DNA of 64,000 bases from IMG/VR virus record IMGVR_UViG_3300029429_000001, positions 29,965 to 93,964 of that record; one strand, written 5' to 3'. Of this stretch, positions 27,440 through 38,346 are shown one piece after another. Each line of letters begins with the position of its first letter. The first letter of the stretch is position 1. This DNA comes from a virus. The position numbers and the translations under genes were made by a program. The notes below the pieces were generated by a model. It worked only from the letters and a program-made list of their open reading frames with translations, was not told the DNA's origin and searched no databases.

Positions 27440-27758
27440 ATTGCCCTGGCTGGATTTTTACGTTTTATAGACTAAGCTTTTAGTAGTGACCATTGATTAA
27501 GGGAGGTTATAGGGGCGTTTTTTCAGTCGTTGGGGGATTGCGGGATAGGGCCGTGCTCCAGAGGCGTAGAATTGCCCCTGGAAGGGTATATCTATTCAAT
27601 CGATCAATACCCTCCCCTATACATGAATTTCCGATAAATATCTATACCGGAAATTCAAATTATCGGGATAATAGGGGGGTTGGGTTTGTTTCAGGCATAA
27701 AAAAACCGGCACTTGGCCGGTCATTAATCGAACTATTAGGAATTACCGAATAGTTGAA

Positions 27759-27995
27759 CTATCCGGAATTTCCGGGCAGTTGGGCTTGCTCCCTTTTAGC
27801 CTCCACCAGTTCTACCAGGCGTTTATATTCCACCCGGTTTAACTGCGGCTTTTCGTACAATTTAAGGCGCTCTTGATCTGCCTTAAGGTCCCTGTTTTCC
27901 CGTTGAAGCTCTGCTATTTGTTTCCGATATTTGGCCAGGGTCCGGCTATATGCGTTGTGCTCGCACGTCCCCTCAGCACATTTTTGTTGGGCCAT
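27759..27995 (-). CDS. hypothetical coiled-coil protein
   Basis: Abuts the ulx stop codon. Confidence 0.6.
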   Translation of the reverse strand: MAQQKCAEGTCEHNAYSRTLAKYRKQIAELQRENRDLKADQERLKLYEKPQLNRVEYKRLVELVEAKREQAQLPGNSG

Positions 27996-28418
27996 TTAGC
28001 TCTTCACATAGTCCATCACGGCAATGACAGATTCCATCTCACGGTCCTCTAAAATGTAATCGACGGTCTCGCCATTACCTACCGGCAACACATAGCGATT
28101 ATTGCCAAAATTATTAGGGATACGGTCCAGTGATATCAACATGCCGGCCGCCACATAAAGGTAATCATCCGGGTAAAACTCGCCCAAACTACCCTCGTAA
28201 TTGTCGCCAAATTCATGGCCCATGGCATTAAGCAGCTCTTTAATTTTCCACCAGTAAGGACCAAAAGATCTATAGCGGGTCGGCTCTTTTTTGAGCTGGG
28301 CAGCGATACCATTGGGACCATCCAGGACCAATTTCAGCCACGCCACCCGGTCCTCATTTGCGCCATCAGCCGCCAGCGCATCGTCAATATCGCCCACGCT
28401 TATCGTTTCAAATTTCAT
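27996..28418 (-). CDS. ulx: P1 Ulx-like protein
   Basis: LKKEPTRYRSFGPYWW.IK.LL motif; position after darB. Confidence 0.75.
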   Translation of the reverse strand: MKFETISVGDIDDALAADGANEDRVAWLKLVLDGPNGIAAQLKKEPTRYRSFGPYWWKIKELLNAMGHEFGDNYEGSLGEFYPDDYLYVAAGMLISLDRIPNNFGNNRYVLPVGNGETVDYILEDREMESVIAVMDYVKS

Positions 28419-28470
28419 GCTGTTTATCTCTAATATTGGGATATCGGCAAAGATACCCTAAAAATTCATT

Positions 28471-28553
28471 AATACCTAATTGGTATCATTTCAATATCAA
28501 AACAATACCGAATTAATATCATTTAAGTATCAATTCGGTATCGTATAGATATT
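28471..28553. repeat. 11-bp-phased RRTAYY array C (8 units)
   Basis: AATACC 28471, GGTATC 28482, AATATC 28493, AATACC 28504, AATATC 28515, AGTATC 28526, GGTATC 28537, GATATT 28548. Confidence 0.88.
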
Positions 28554-28562
28554 TATAGGGTT

Positions 28563-31500
28563 TTACCTATCCAGTAACTCAAGATAGTATTTAACGTCCG
28601 ATTCAATGTCGCTGACAGGCGTTAGCGTAATATCCTCGTTAGGCCTGCCCACAAACTTACTCAAAGTTTTAGGCCAGAAATACAGCCCTGCCCCCTTATG
28701 AGAAAGCTTGAACCTGGCGGCGATTTCCTTGCCGTTGTCACCCCTGGAAATATCTTTCTGTGTGGCCCCTTCCAGCTTGATATATTTCCCGGCCGGGAAT
28801 TTTTTACCCTTAACAGTTTTCTTATTCCTGCCAGTGTAATCAAGGTACTCCCATTCCCGAGTAATGATCTCAGCATCAAGTCCATGACGCGCAAAGCCAG
28901 CCTTTTGCTCAGCACTCAATACAGCGCCTCCCTCGGCTGCAAAAGCTTCCTGAGCGGCCTTAGATTTCGCTTCGATCTCTTCACGCTCAACAGCATCAGC
29001 CGCCTCTTTAAGTGCCCTGGCTTTTTCAGTCTCAACTCGTTCGGCTTCCCTGGCCTCGGCTGCCTCACGGTTTAGTCGTTCCCCCCTGGTAATGGATGCC
29101 TGGCTGCGATAGCCGGTCATCAGTCGAGTCTCAATTCTTTCTATGCCGATCACGATATCGTCGTAGTTGTCATAGCCCTCTTTGTGGACACTTTCAAGAT
29201 ACATGCGCAGAGGCACCTCATAACGCTCAATCATGCCTTCAGAGCGCCAGTTAACATCCTCAAGAAGCCATTTATAAAGCGCCTCACGATCCACCAGCAC
29301 TTCATCATCAAGGCCATTAACAAATTCAGTGAAGGCCTTGTCATATTCGCCGCCAGCCTCGGATATATCCTTAATCTTAAATTCTTCGTTATAGCGAGCC
29401 ATGTAATTCTCGCCGCCAACATAGGCCTTAAGGAAGGATAGAAGCTTTGCGTTGTTTGAGCCGGCGCCGAAACTTTCACGGGCCAGTTCCAGGGCTTTAG
29501 TCACGATCACGTCGTTACCGGGCTCAGGGAATACCACCTTGCCAAAATTTCGCTCATTCAAGGGCATATCATAGTAGGTGCCAAACTGAACAACCCCCTT
29601 ACCATCAAACAGAAACATGGACCCACTCGAGATGGATTCAATATCCCCATACTTAACAAGATCATCCTTTGAAAATTTATTAATGTAGGAATAAATTTCA
29701 TTGCCGTTTAATTGAGCAATCTCAACCTCAAGCTCAAGCTCAGGGCTTGCCGCAATCGGTTTCCAGGCTGCAGGCCACTTATTAAACGGTACACTGTAAT
29801 TTTCGCGTGCATTGCCATTGATCTTATTTGTTACCCAGTAGTCTCCGGATACACGGCTAATGGAAATGGTCTCCATACCCATATTAATGGAGCCAACGCT
29901 ATAAACGGCATGGCCATCGAAGTCGTTATCTTTTTGCTTAAAGGGCACGATCCGTACATAGCAGCCGGCATACAGCGCAAAGTTCATATTTCTAGGGGAT
30001 ATTACCTCCTCAGGGTTATCCAGCACTTCACGGCTAAATGGCAATACATCCCGGGCTTCTAGCTTAGATTTTTGACTGGCCAGGCGACGCTCTAAACGCC
30101 CTCTTTCGCTTTCAATCTTGGCTTTTGCGTCACTGACTAGCTTGGTCAATGGCTCATAACGCGGATTATCTTCGGTCATTACTCCCAAGGCTCTCTCGAT
30201 CTCCTCCAGGGAGCTATAGCCGATCAGCTTGCCATTGTAATCCCGTCTGGTTGTATAGGGCTTGCTGGCTTCCTGCATCTCGCCTTCAACGGTATACACA
30301 ATGTTCTTTAGTGCCCGGGCAGTTTTGGATAGACCCGCCAGCTGGGTTAATGCGCTTTTCTCCTTCATAACCCGGTCTTTTTCGACCTTGATTGCCGTCA
30401 TCTTATCGAGTCGAGCCTGGTAGGCCTCCTCACCTAATGTCAGGCGCATAAGTTCAGCAGATGCCTCGCTCGCAGCGTCCGGGTTTTCCATCTTGGCCTG
30501 GTCGCTTTTCATGATCTGGCCAATCCAGTTGGCTTTCGCTTTGAGAGATCCTAGGCGGTTAATATCCATAGACCCTTTGGCAACATAGTAATAAACGTCA
30601 ACATGGGACCTGGTATTACCCTGGCGCACGCCACGGCCGTTCCTTTGCTGGATACTCGCTGGAGTCCAGGGGAGTGTTAGGTGGTGAATGGCGCTAGTGC
30701 CTTTCTGCAGGTTTACCCCTACTTCCGCTTTTTGATTGGCAATGATGAATTTGAAATCGCCGCGGTTGTAAGAATCTGCAATCGCCTGCAGGTCCTCAGG
30801 TTTGCCGGCAGTGGTCGCGTTAATGATGGCAATTTCAGATTTCTTAAGCGAGGTGCTAGCCAGCAGGACACGCATTAACTTGCCGTGCTCACGTTTTTCC
30901 TCAGTGAAAACTATCTGCTTGCCCTTATCGTCAATGTGCTTTTTGATATTATCAATAAGCCTGGCGTATTTACCTGATATCGGATGCGATACCGTGTCCA
31001 TCAGCTTGGAAAATTTACCCATCTCCAGGCGTTTAACCACCGCGTCTTCAAACTCGTAAGGAAGTACGAATTGAACCAGTTTACCCTTACGCTCTAGCGG
31101 TATGGTTTCATCACGCTTAATGCTGACATTAACCTGCTTTTCTTTTTCCGGGTCGTATCGTTTGCCGGTAATGGACATTGGAATGCCCGTTGATAGCAGA
31201 TCTTTTACCAGGGCTTCATGCTTGGCCGGGAACCGGAAAGTCATCTGCTTGTAAAATAAATCTACATCCGTTGTGGCCTGCTCCATCTGCCGCATGATGG
31301 AAAAAATAGGCTTGATCGGTAGTGGCTGGCCATCCTCATCGAAGAGATCTGCATTCTCCGGATCACTCATGGACAGAATGGTTAACTCCAGCTCTTCTCT
31401 AAGGGTCGCGTAGATCTCCGTTTGCTCAGGGTCCAGATCGACCTCGGGCTGGTGCTCCACGGCCTCAGGTGGATTAATGCCATTATCGAATTTTACTTCT

Positions 31501-34500
31501 TTTGCGGTTTTCACCACGGCAAAACGATTAAACAGGTTTCTCAGGGCGGTTAAGTTTTCAAAACCAACAATGCCTTCTACCGATACCATCTCACCTGATA
31601 ACTTTTGAACGTCAACGCTGCCCTTGCTGGCGAATACCTCAACAAAATCGTCAGGGGTTTTAACGCCCATACGCTCCATTTCGGACATATCTGTAACCAG
31701 GGAAAGCGCGTTGTACACTTCGATGGGGCTGTTTGTGATAGGCGTCGCTGTCAACATCACAGGACCACGGCCGTTATTGCTGTCTTTTAAGTGACCCATC
31801 TTTATGGCCATATCGGTGCCGCGTGCACTGGCATCGGTTGCCGCTAGATATTTAAGCCCGCGTGTTTCTGAGGCTTCATAAATATTCTTATAATTATGCG
31901 CTTCATCCACAACGACCGTATCAAAACGTAAATCCTCGTAATACGGGAATGTGGCATTTTTAGTAGTGCCGTCGTTATCGTATTTCTCCTGCCATTTAGA
32001 TAATTTTTGAGCTTCTTTGTAATCAAAGCCCGGCTTATCTTTATCTTTGGCAGAATCCTTTTTGATTTTCTTGCGTTCTTTTTCGCTATAACCGGCTGCC
32101 GACATTAAGTAATCGGTAGCAGATCCATTGGAAAGCATTTCGTTTTCAACCATGCCGGCTGTGTACTCACTCATGGTCTCCGGGCGTAATGGGATAAGCC
32201 CAAACTGCGGCTGACTCATAACGAAAACTTTTTTATTGCTTTGCGTTGCTGCCCACAACTTGGTTTTGATTTCTTCAGGCGTGTCCTCTTTTATAACGTC
32301 CTGAAAAATCAGTTTGCCGTTAATCTTTTTCTGCTCAGGGCTTCCGTCCGGGTTTTTGTTTTCGGTATAGACAGGCTCTTGCTGCACTTCACCGTCATCA
32401 CCATAAACCGGGCTAATGCCGATAAACTGGTAATGGTCCAGGGACTTATGAATGGCACGGGCTTCGTGATACCAATTTGCAAGTACGGACTTGGGAACAA
32501 CAATGGCTGAGCGATTGGAGCGGCCGTTCTGGATATTGTATTGAATAAGTGCCAGGGCCGTGAACGTCTTACCCAGGCCAACATCTAGGCCAATAATACC
32601 TTTGCCGTCATCCGATATACGGCGCACGGTAGAGTTTTGAAAACCATGGGGCGCGATATCACCAGATAAGTTTTCCAGGCCTAGTACTGCCTCGGAATAA
32701 TTAACTGGCATGTGCGTGTTGAACGTCGCGTTGTATTGCTCAGCAATCAATCCAGACTCTTCATGCTCTCGCATAAAATCATTAAACTGGGTAATAAGGT
32801 CGCTTAACGTGTCGCGATATTCTGCAGCATTGGCGCCAAGCATTTTGGACCCGCCTTTAATTTTCCGCCACTCACCATCTTTATCAAAAGCGAACCCACG
32901 GTTTAAATGCTTGAGTAATTGCTGATCGAATAATTTAGGGGCGGTACCCGTGTGAGCCCAGCGCTTTGTCTCCTTATCGTAGAAAAACGGATAGCCTGCC
33001 AGGTCCATAAACTCTTCAATGTATTTTGGATTGGTCCACTTGTCGGTAAATTTAAGGTTTACATCCTTGAGCTCAGTGAATGGGCGATTTTTTAGAATGT
33101 AATCGCGCTGGTAATTGAACTTGGCTTTTTTCCTCATATCGCTTTCATTGCGAATCAAGACATTCAATTGCTGCAGTTTTTTGTACAGGTCTCCGGAGAG
33201 GTAATGCTCCATTGTCATCACATTGCCACTAGACGTTAATGCGATGCCTTCATTATCCAGCAGCTCGCGAATATCCGTCATAGGTGGCAGGCCGTCATAC
33301 AGGTCTAATACCGTATATGGGCTAACATCCAATTGGATCGTTTGAGCTGTCAGGTAATGAATGATCGATACCGGGTCGGTCGAGTCGTAGACAGGTACCG
33401 TGCTGCTTTCTACTTCACCGCGCAGTAATGCGTTATAGCCGCCGCTCTTTTGAACTGAGGCCTGGTACTGCATCCAGTCGCGTGCATTCGTAGAATTGCG
33501 CTTAACTTTGGCCTTGTGCGGGTTGCCGTGCTGGTGGATCTCTTTTGAAACGATGGCCTGGACAATCTCCAGCTGCTCGCCGTCGTTTTCTCCTTTTTGC
33601 ATGGCGAATGAATCACGGGCGATTACCTGACCAATCAATGAACCGCGCCACGCGATTTCCTGAAGGGGTCCATCTACCTCACCACCAAACAAAAACGCCG
33701 CGTTAGCTTGTGGGAACTCTCTGAGAAGCATTTTAGGCCAGGTCTTATTAACCGCCTGCACTTGATCATAAGACAAGGTTAAACAGCCTTCAGGCGTTTT
33801 AAGCTGATCTCTAAGCTGGTCCATGGACTCGGCGCCAAACTTGTACTCATCCAGGGAGTTTAGATCCAAGTTGAAATTAACAGATACCCACTTGCCGTTT
33901 TCTAATTCGTGCTGCACTCCGTTGATCGTTTGCGAATCGCCTTCAGTGTATTGAGGCAAATTAACCTCGGCACTCTCCAGGGCAGCCCAATCGATACGAG
34001 AATCAAATTTAGTGCCCAGTGCTTTACGAATCGCTGCCTGTTTCTCTTGCTCAGATCCATCAAACGCTACTACTAATCGCTTGCGCTGTTCGCCCACCAT
34101 GGATTGCGCACCCAGTAGGTATTTTTTGCCGGCGCCAATAAACCAATTACCCTGGATAAACTCGTTATAAAATACTTTGGTTTCTTCCAGTAGCTCAGGA
34201 TCAGCAGCTTTTATTTTTTCCAATAAATCCTTAGGGTGTTTCTTGAGTAAAATCACGTCCACCGGCACTTCGGTACCGTGCTGGCCCTTTTTAAAAGTTT
34301 TGGAAGGCATGCGAACGGCGCCCAAAAATTCGGCTTTGCGGCTGATTTCACGGCGAAACTGAGTAAAGCCCTTGGACTTGCGATCAACCACCCGAGTAGG
34401 AATAAGCAGACCCACCAGGCCGCCATAACGGACCTTATCGATAGAGCGCACAATAAAATATTGCTCCAGGGTTAAATCTTCGCGATCGGCATAGGCCGGG

Positions 34501-35441
34501 TCACGGCTTCTTAACGGCCTGCTATTTGAAAAAGGCACGTTACCGATGATCGCATCCAGGCTGTGATCCGGCATGCTGGCGGCTTGCTCTTCAAACGATA
34601 GGTTGTCCACGTCATCGTCAGGGTTTAACAGGTTGCATACTTTAGAGCTGATATTGCTGAGCTCACTGGCCACCACTTTGGTTTTAGCCGGCTTGGTACC
34701 CAGAAACACTCCGGACCCACACGACGGCTCACCAACAGATCCGCCGTTAAATCCGTTTTTCTTGAGCATTTCCCAAGTGGATTCCGCGGCATGCTGAGGC
34801 GTGTAATATTCTGTTTCGCTATTCTCTGATTTCAAACCACCGCGGCCGGTATAGGATGCCAACAGGTCGCGCTCTTCACTCGTTAGAACATGACTAGCAT
34901 CTATACTATCGATTAGCTGAATTACCCGGGCGTTTAGCTTTTCACGGGCAACGACGGCTTGGCCGGCTTTAACGCCAAAATCGAGACTCTTCTCCTGCTC
35001 ATTTGCTGCGAGGTCATCGATGGCGTCGAAAAATATCTCTTCAATCTCATCAAAACTATCCGCCCCTTTTATCATGGCTTCAAATTCTGCCAGGTCGGCA
35101 GCGTCTAAGATGGTGCCCGGGTTGCGGTCCAATATAGGCTCTTCTTTGTGGCGAACCGTTTTGCCGGCACCGGTAGTGGCGATTTCTGAGACCTCCTCAT
35201 AATCCATGTAGCCATCCACAGGAACGGCCTTCCAGGCGCTAGAATCCATCACATAGCTAAAGTCATGAGGGCTCATGGTTTTCAGCTCGATAGGCTTGCC
35301 CTGGAGGCCATGGGCCACATCAAGCAATGCCTGTAGTTCATCCACCTCTATACCAGGGCCGTCAATACTCGCCCCCGAATCATCAAATATTACTGAGACC
35401 GTCTCCCCGGACAGGGGAGATTTTGCATGAAACTTAATCAT
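28563..35441 (-). CDS. darB: DarB: N6-adenine methyltransferase plus SNF2-type helicase anti-restriction protein
   Basis: EYYTP, EPSCGSG, GNVPF (MTase); DVGLGKT, VVDEAHNYKN, LTATP, GVNLQ, QRNGRGVRQGN (helicase). Confidence 0.93.
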   Translation of the reverse strand: MIKFHAKSPLSGETVSVIFDDSGASIDGPGIEVDELQALLDVAHGLQGKPIELKTMSPHDFSYVMDSSAWKAVPVDGYMDYEEVSEIATTGAGKTVRHKEEPILDRNPGTILDAADLAEFEAMIKGADSFDEIEEIFFDAIDDLAANEQEKSLDFGVKAGQAVVAREKLNARVIQLIDSIDASHVLTSEERDLLASYTGRGGLKSENSETEYYTPQHAAESTWEMLKKNGFNGGSVGEPSCGSGVFLGTKPAKTKVVASELSNISSKVCNLLNPDDDVDNLSFEEQAASMPDHSLDAIIGNVPFSNSRPLRSRDPAYADREDLTLEQYFIVRSIDKVRYGGLVGLLIPTRVVDRKSKGFTQFRREISRKAEFLGAVRMPSKTFKKGQHGTEVPVDVILLKKHPKDLLEKIKAADPELLEETKVFYNEFIQGNWFIGAGKKYLLGAQSMVGEQRKRLVVAFDGSEQEKQAAIRKALGTKFDSRIDWAALESAEVNLPQYTEGDSQTINGVQHELENGKWVSVNFNLDLNSLDEYKFGAESMDQLRDQLKTPEGCLTLSYDQVQAVNKTWPKMLLREFPQANAAFLFGGEVDGPLQEIAWRGSLIGQVIARDSFAMQKGENDGEQLEIVQAIVSKEIHQHGNPHKAKVKRNSTNARDWMQYQASVQKSGGYNALLRGEVESSTVPVYDSTDPVSIIHYLTAQTIQLDVSPYTVLDLYDGLPPMTDIRELLDNEGIALTSSGNVMTMEHYLSGDLYKKLQQLNVLIRNESDMRKKAKFNYQRDYILKNRPFTELKDVNLKFTDKWTNPKYIEEFMDLAGYPFFYDKETKRWAHTGTAPKLFDQQLLKHLNRGFAFDKDGEWRKIKGGSKMLGANAAEYRDTLSDLITQFNDFMREHEESGLIAEQYNATFNTHMPVNYSEAVLGLENLSGDIAPHGFQNSTVRRISDDGKGIIGLDVGLGKTFTALALIQYNIQNGRSNRSAIVVPKSVLANWYHEARAIHKSLDHYQFIGISPVYGDDGEVQQEPVYTENKNPDGSPEQKKINGKLIFQDVIKEDTPEEIKTKLWAATQSNKKVFVMSQPQFGLIPLRPETMSEYTAGMVENEMLSNGSATDYLMSAAGYSEKERKKIKKDSAKDKDKPGFDYKEAQKLSKWQEKYDNDGTTKNATFPYYEDLRFDTVVVDEAHNYKNIYEASETRGLKYLAATDASARGTDMAIKMGHLKDSNNGRGPVMLTATPITNSPIEVYNALSLVTDMSEMERMGVKTPDDFVEVFASKGSVDVQKLSGEMVSVEGIVGFENLTALRNLFNRFAVVKTAKEVKFDNGINPPEAVEHQPEVDLDPEQTEIYATLREELELTILSMSDPENADLFDEDGQPLPIKPIFSIMRQMEQATTDVDLFYKQMTFRFPAKHEALVKDLLSTGIPMSITGKRYDPEKEKQVNVSIKRDETIPLERKGKLVQFVLPYEFEDAVVKRLEMGKFSKLMDTVSHPISGKYARLIDNIKKHIDDKGKQIVFTEEKREHGKLMRVLLASTSLKKSEIAIINATTAGKPEDLQAIADSYNRGDFKFIIANQKAEVGVNLQKGTSAIHHLTLPWTPASIQQRNGRGVRQGNTRSHVDVYYYVAKGSMDINRLGSLKAKANWIGQIMKSDQAKMENPDAASEASAELMRLTLGEEAYQARLDKMTAIKVEKDRVMKEKSALTQLAGLSKTARALKNIVYTVEGEMQEASKPYTTRRDYNGKLIGYSSLEEIERALGVMTEDNPRYEPLTKLVSDAKAKIESERGRLERRLASQKSKLEARDVLPFSREVLDNPEEVISPRNMNFALYAGCYVRIVPFKQKDNDFDGHAVYSVGSINMGMETISISRVSGDYWVTNKINGNARENYSVPFNKWPAAWKPIAASPELELEVEIAQLNGNEIYSYINKFSKDDLVKYGDIESISSGSMFLFDGKGVVQFGTYYDMPLNERNFGKVVFPEPGNDVIVTKALELARESFGAGSNNAKLLSFLKAYVGGENYMARYNEEFKIKDISEAGGEYDKAFTEFVNGLDDEVLVDREALYKWLLEDVNWRSEGMIERYEVPLRMYLESVHKEGYDNYDDIVIGIERIETRLMTGYRSQASITRGERLNREAAEAREAERVETEKARALKEAADAVEREEIEAKSKAAQEAFAAEGGAVLSAEQKAGFARHGLDAEIITREWEYLDYTGRNKKTVKGKKFPAGKYIKLEGATQKDISRGDNGKEIAARFKLSHKGAGLYFWPKTLSKFVGRPNEDITLTPVSDIESDVKYYLELLDR

Positions 35442-35449
35442 TAAATTAC

Positions 35450-38320
35450 CTAGTTGTTTTCGGATTGGATGGAACTCTTGAGGGGGGTGCTGGCGTTGAA
35501 TCCGCCGTGCACATGAGTAGGCTCATAAAATGAACTGGCCCTTTTTTCAATACGGGCTTTATCGAAGGTTCCTGAGCCCATCAGCAGCTCCTCCATGGCC
35601 ACAAGGGTCGTGATCTCAGTGTTTTCAAGGGTCGCTATATGTATGTCATTAGCGTCTTGGTGTTTGCGTATAGAGGACAAGCCACCGGTCTTGTCCAGTA
35701 AGAGCTCAATTTCCACGCCTGGGGACACATCAAACGAATGGGAGAATTCATAGTTAGTTTCTTCAACTACAACCTGGCCACCGGCTATCATGGATTTCCA
35801 ATGGCTTAGCAGCTGCTCGCGATAGTTTTTTGATTGGTCGAGTTTGCTGTGTTCATCGACTGAAAATTCGCGCTCCTCTTCAGTAACACCCGCCAGCAGC
35901 CCCATCATGAATTCAAAGGCTTCCGGGTCTTTGTGCTGCAGAGTGGCGGCTCGGGCTGGTGTGGACAGCTCTTGAGTGAGCATGGTGAAAATCTCGGTAA
36001 AGCCGTCCTTGTAAACTTTGCCCTGGTAGGCATTTACAAAGTTATCCTTAAACGCTATTTCAGTGTCTTTGTAGTTTTTGTTGTTATTAAGAACACTCAG
36101 CTTTTCGGGCTCAGTTTCTCCGGACTCGGCCGCACGGCGCCTTAGGAATGAATTGGCGCCGGCCTTGATCCTCGGGTTATTTTCGAGAATGTGGGTTAGC
36201 TCATGGAAGGTGGTACCACGTTCAACGCCGGTCCCCAGGTTGTATCTGTACGCCGGCACATTAGCGCTCGCTCGGACCTTCTTACCTCGCTTTTCTGGCG
36301 GGAAATAATCCACGGTCAAATAGGGAATGGCTCCATGGCATAGTTGGTAGAAATCAGCCACATCTTGTTTAAATTTCTTAAGCCCACGATCTCGCTTAAT
36401 TACCTTGAGGGCGGCCGGCTCGATCGTTATTGAGCCGGCCCATTTTTTAGCCTGCTTATCGGTTATAGGGCTAAGGGCAACTACTCCCTTTATTAGCTCT
36501 TCACCGGCTGCAGCTAATTTCTTTCGAGGCTCATTTTTGGCTTCCCGCAAGGCATCAAAAGCGAGCTCCTTAACCCTCCTCATCTCGGCCCATTCTTCGA
36601 GAGAGATATCATCCGCCCCATCACCATAAGCGGCATCATTTACCTTTTTCTTGGCAGCCTCATAGGCGATGTACTCGGGCAATTTTTGGAGCTTGTCGAA
36701 GTCGCCACGGTCGTTAATATCCCCCATGATCGTGGTTATATTTTCGGCTGCCAGGCCTTTTAGATATGCCCCGTCCTGGTCCAGACGTTTGAGCCCAAGT
36801 GTCTGCATTGCCCCCCTGGAATCCTGGAAAATATCGCCTTCAGATCCTTCCTTCATTCGCTCGATAGCCGCCTCAATTAGGGCGTTTTTATCATCGTCAA
36901 TTTGGGCGGATAGCAGCTGGTTAGGGTTGTTTTCTTTTAGGTATCTAAGGGCGGTCGAGATCGATGCCAGGCTCGATTGCTCATCAAGAACAGTGGCCAG
37001 GGCTTCATTGCTTTTGGCGTCCTTGATATCGGCCACAGACAGGTTTGAAAGGAATAAGCGCTTAACACTGGCCATGGTAGAAAGTATTAAAACAGCCCCA
37101 GAAAAGCCCCGTTTTGATACTAATTTGATACCGTTTGAGGATCTATCTAGTATTGTTTCGGTATTTTCCTCTAAAGTGACCTCGGACCACTCAGTGTTGA
37201 CACCATCGAGAATAAGGACTAAATTTGGGTTGTTGGACTCGGAGTTATGCACTAAGTCAGCCGCGTTTCCTCGCTTATGCTTGAGAGACTGTAATGGGAA
37301 TGCCTGCGCCCCCTCCGAGTCCAATAACACCTCTGTTTCATGTTCCCTGTTTTCACCATTCCCATAGTCAGCCGGGACTAGAAAACCATTCCAAACCAAT
37401 GCCCCTTTTTTAACCGAAACATTCAGTGGAAATGCAGCGTGCGTTTTATCCTTTGATACCCTCATGCCGGACTCAAGCATAAGGACACCTGAGGTATGTG
37501 GATGCCTAGGATCTGTGTTTGTGTAAACCCTGCCATCGATCGGCTTTGATCGAGATCCCTTTAGAAGATTGACCAGCTTCCGAACATCCTGCCTATGCCG
37601 AAGATAAATATGTGCAAGCTGGGAACCTGTAACAAAAAGATCTCGCTTCCCTGAAAATCCAGGGTTAAGTTTTGCCAACTTCTTAACTACGGTGGGAGAC
37701 AATCGCCCCAGCCTAAACACTGGAGACTTGTCTTTTCTCTTCTCAATTTTCATCAATGCAGATCGACTCCTGCCCTCGATGAAACTGAAGTATTCGGCCA
37801 AGCTCAAACGAGACTGAGCGGAATCTAGGACCTGGCTTGGAACATCCAGTACCCCCACCACGGCGCGCACTAGGGATTTAAACTCCTCGATAGGCATGGC
37901 CACGATCGGACCTAAAAATAATGGGTTATCGTACTGGGCAAGGTAGGCATCCCGGGCAGCTTGCTCGGATGAAAAGCCCAACATAACTTTATCTTCATCG
38001 TAATATTCTGGGCATGCGCAGCGTGCCGGCACAGACTCGCAATTAGGGCAGGAATCCCCAGGCCACTTGCTCACCTTTTCAATGGCGTGCTGTTTAACAA
38101 TGTAGGCATATTCGGCTTTGCGATCGGGACCGATATAAACGTCTAAGGCTTCCCCATCATTGCCAAGGGCGCCGCCGCGGATATAGCCATAATCCCACTT
38201 CATTTCTATTTCCCAATCCTGGCCATGAGGATCGGTGCCGGCGCGGATATCGCCTTGCTGATTTTCGATGGCTATGGATAAGCCCTGGAATGAATAACTG
38301 TCTTGCAGAGTAAAAGTCAT
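35450..38320 (-). CDS. polyvalent protein: inorganic pyrophosphatase domain, possible PBECR-type nuclease, HExxH metallopeptidase
   Basis: IAIEN..G..R.G.D..G..W...DYGYI...DGEALDVYIG...DEDKVMLGF; LAHIYLRH; FHELTHILE. Confidence 0.75.
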   Translation of the reverse strand: MTFTLQDSYSFQGLSIAIENQQGDIRAGTDPHGQDWEIEMKWDYGYIRGGALGNDGEALDVYIGPDRKAEYAYIVKQHAIEKVSKWPGDSCPNCESVPARCACPEYYDEDKVMLGFSSEQAARDAYLAQYDNPLFLGPIVAMPIEEFKSLVRAVVGVLDVPSQVLDSAQSRLSLAEYFSFIEGRSRSALMKIEKRKDKSPVFRLGRLSPTVVKKLAKLNPGFSGKRDLFVTGSQLAHIYLRHRQDVRKLVNLLKGSRSKPIDGRVYTNTDPRHPHTSGVLMLESGMRVSKDKTHAAFPLNVSVKKGALVWNGFLVPADYGNGENREHETEVLLDSEGAQAFPLQSLKHKRGNAADLVHNSESNNPNLVLILDGVNTEWSEVTLEENTETILDRSSNGIKLVSKRGFSGAVLILSTMASVKRLFLSNLSVADIKDAKSNEALATVLDEQSSLASISTALRYLKENNPNQLLSAQIDDDKNALIEAAIERMKEGSEGDIFQDSRGAMQTLGLKRLDQDGAYLKGLAAENITTIMGDINDRGDFDKLQKLPEYIAYEAAKKKVNDAAYGDGADDISLEEWAEMRRVKELAFDALREAKNEPRKKLAAAGEELIKGVVALSPITDKQAKKWAGSITIEPAALKVIKRDRGLKKFKQDVADFYQLCHGAIPYLTVDYFPPEKRGKKVRASANVPAYRYNLGTGVERGTTFHELTHILENNPRIKAGANSFLRRRAAESGETEPEKLSVLNNNKNYKDTEIAFKDNFVNAYQGKVYKDGFTEIFTMLTQELSTPARAATLQHKDPEAFEFMMGLLAGVTEEEREFSVDEHSKLDQSKNYREQLLSHWKSMIAGGQVVVEETNYEFSHSFDVSPGVEIELLLDKTGGLSSIRKHQDANDIHIATLENTEITTLVAMEELLMGSGTFDKARIEKRASSFYEPTHVHGGFNASTPLKSSIQSENN

Positions 38321-38346
38321 GACGCACGCCGATATATTATCCAGGC

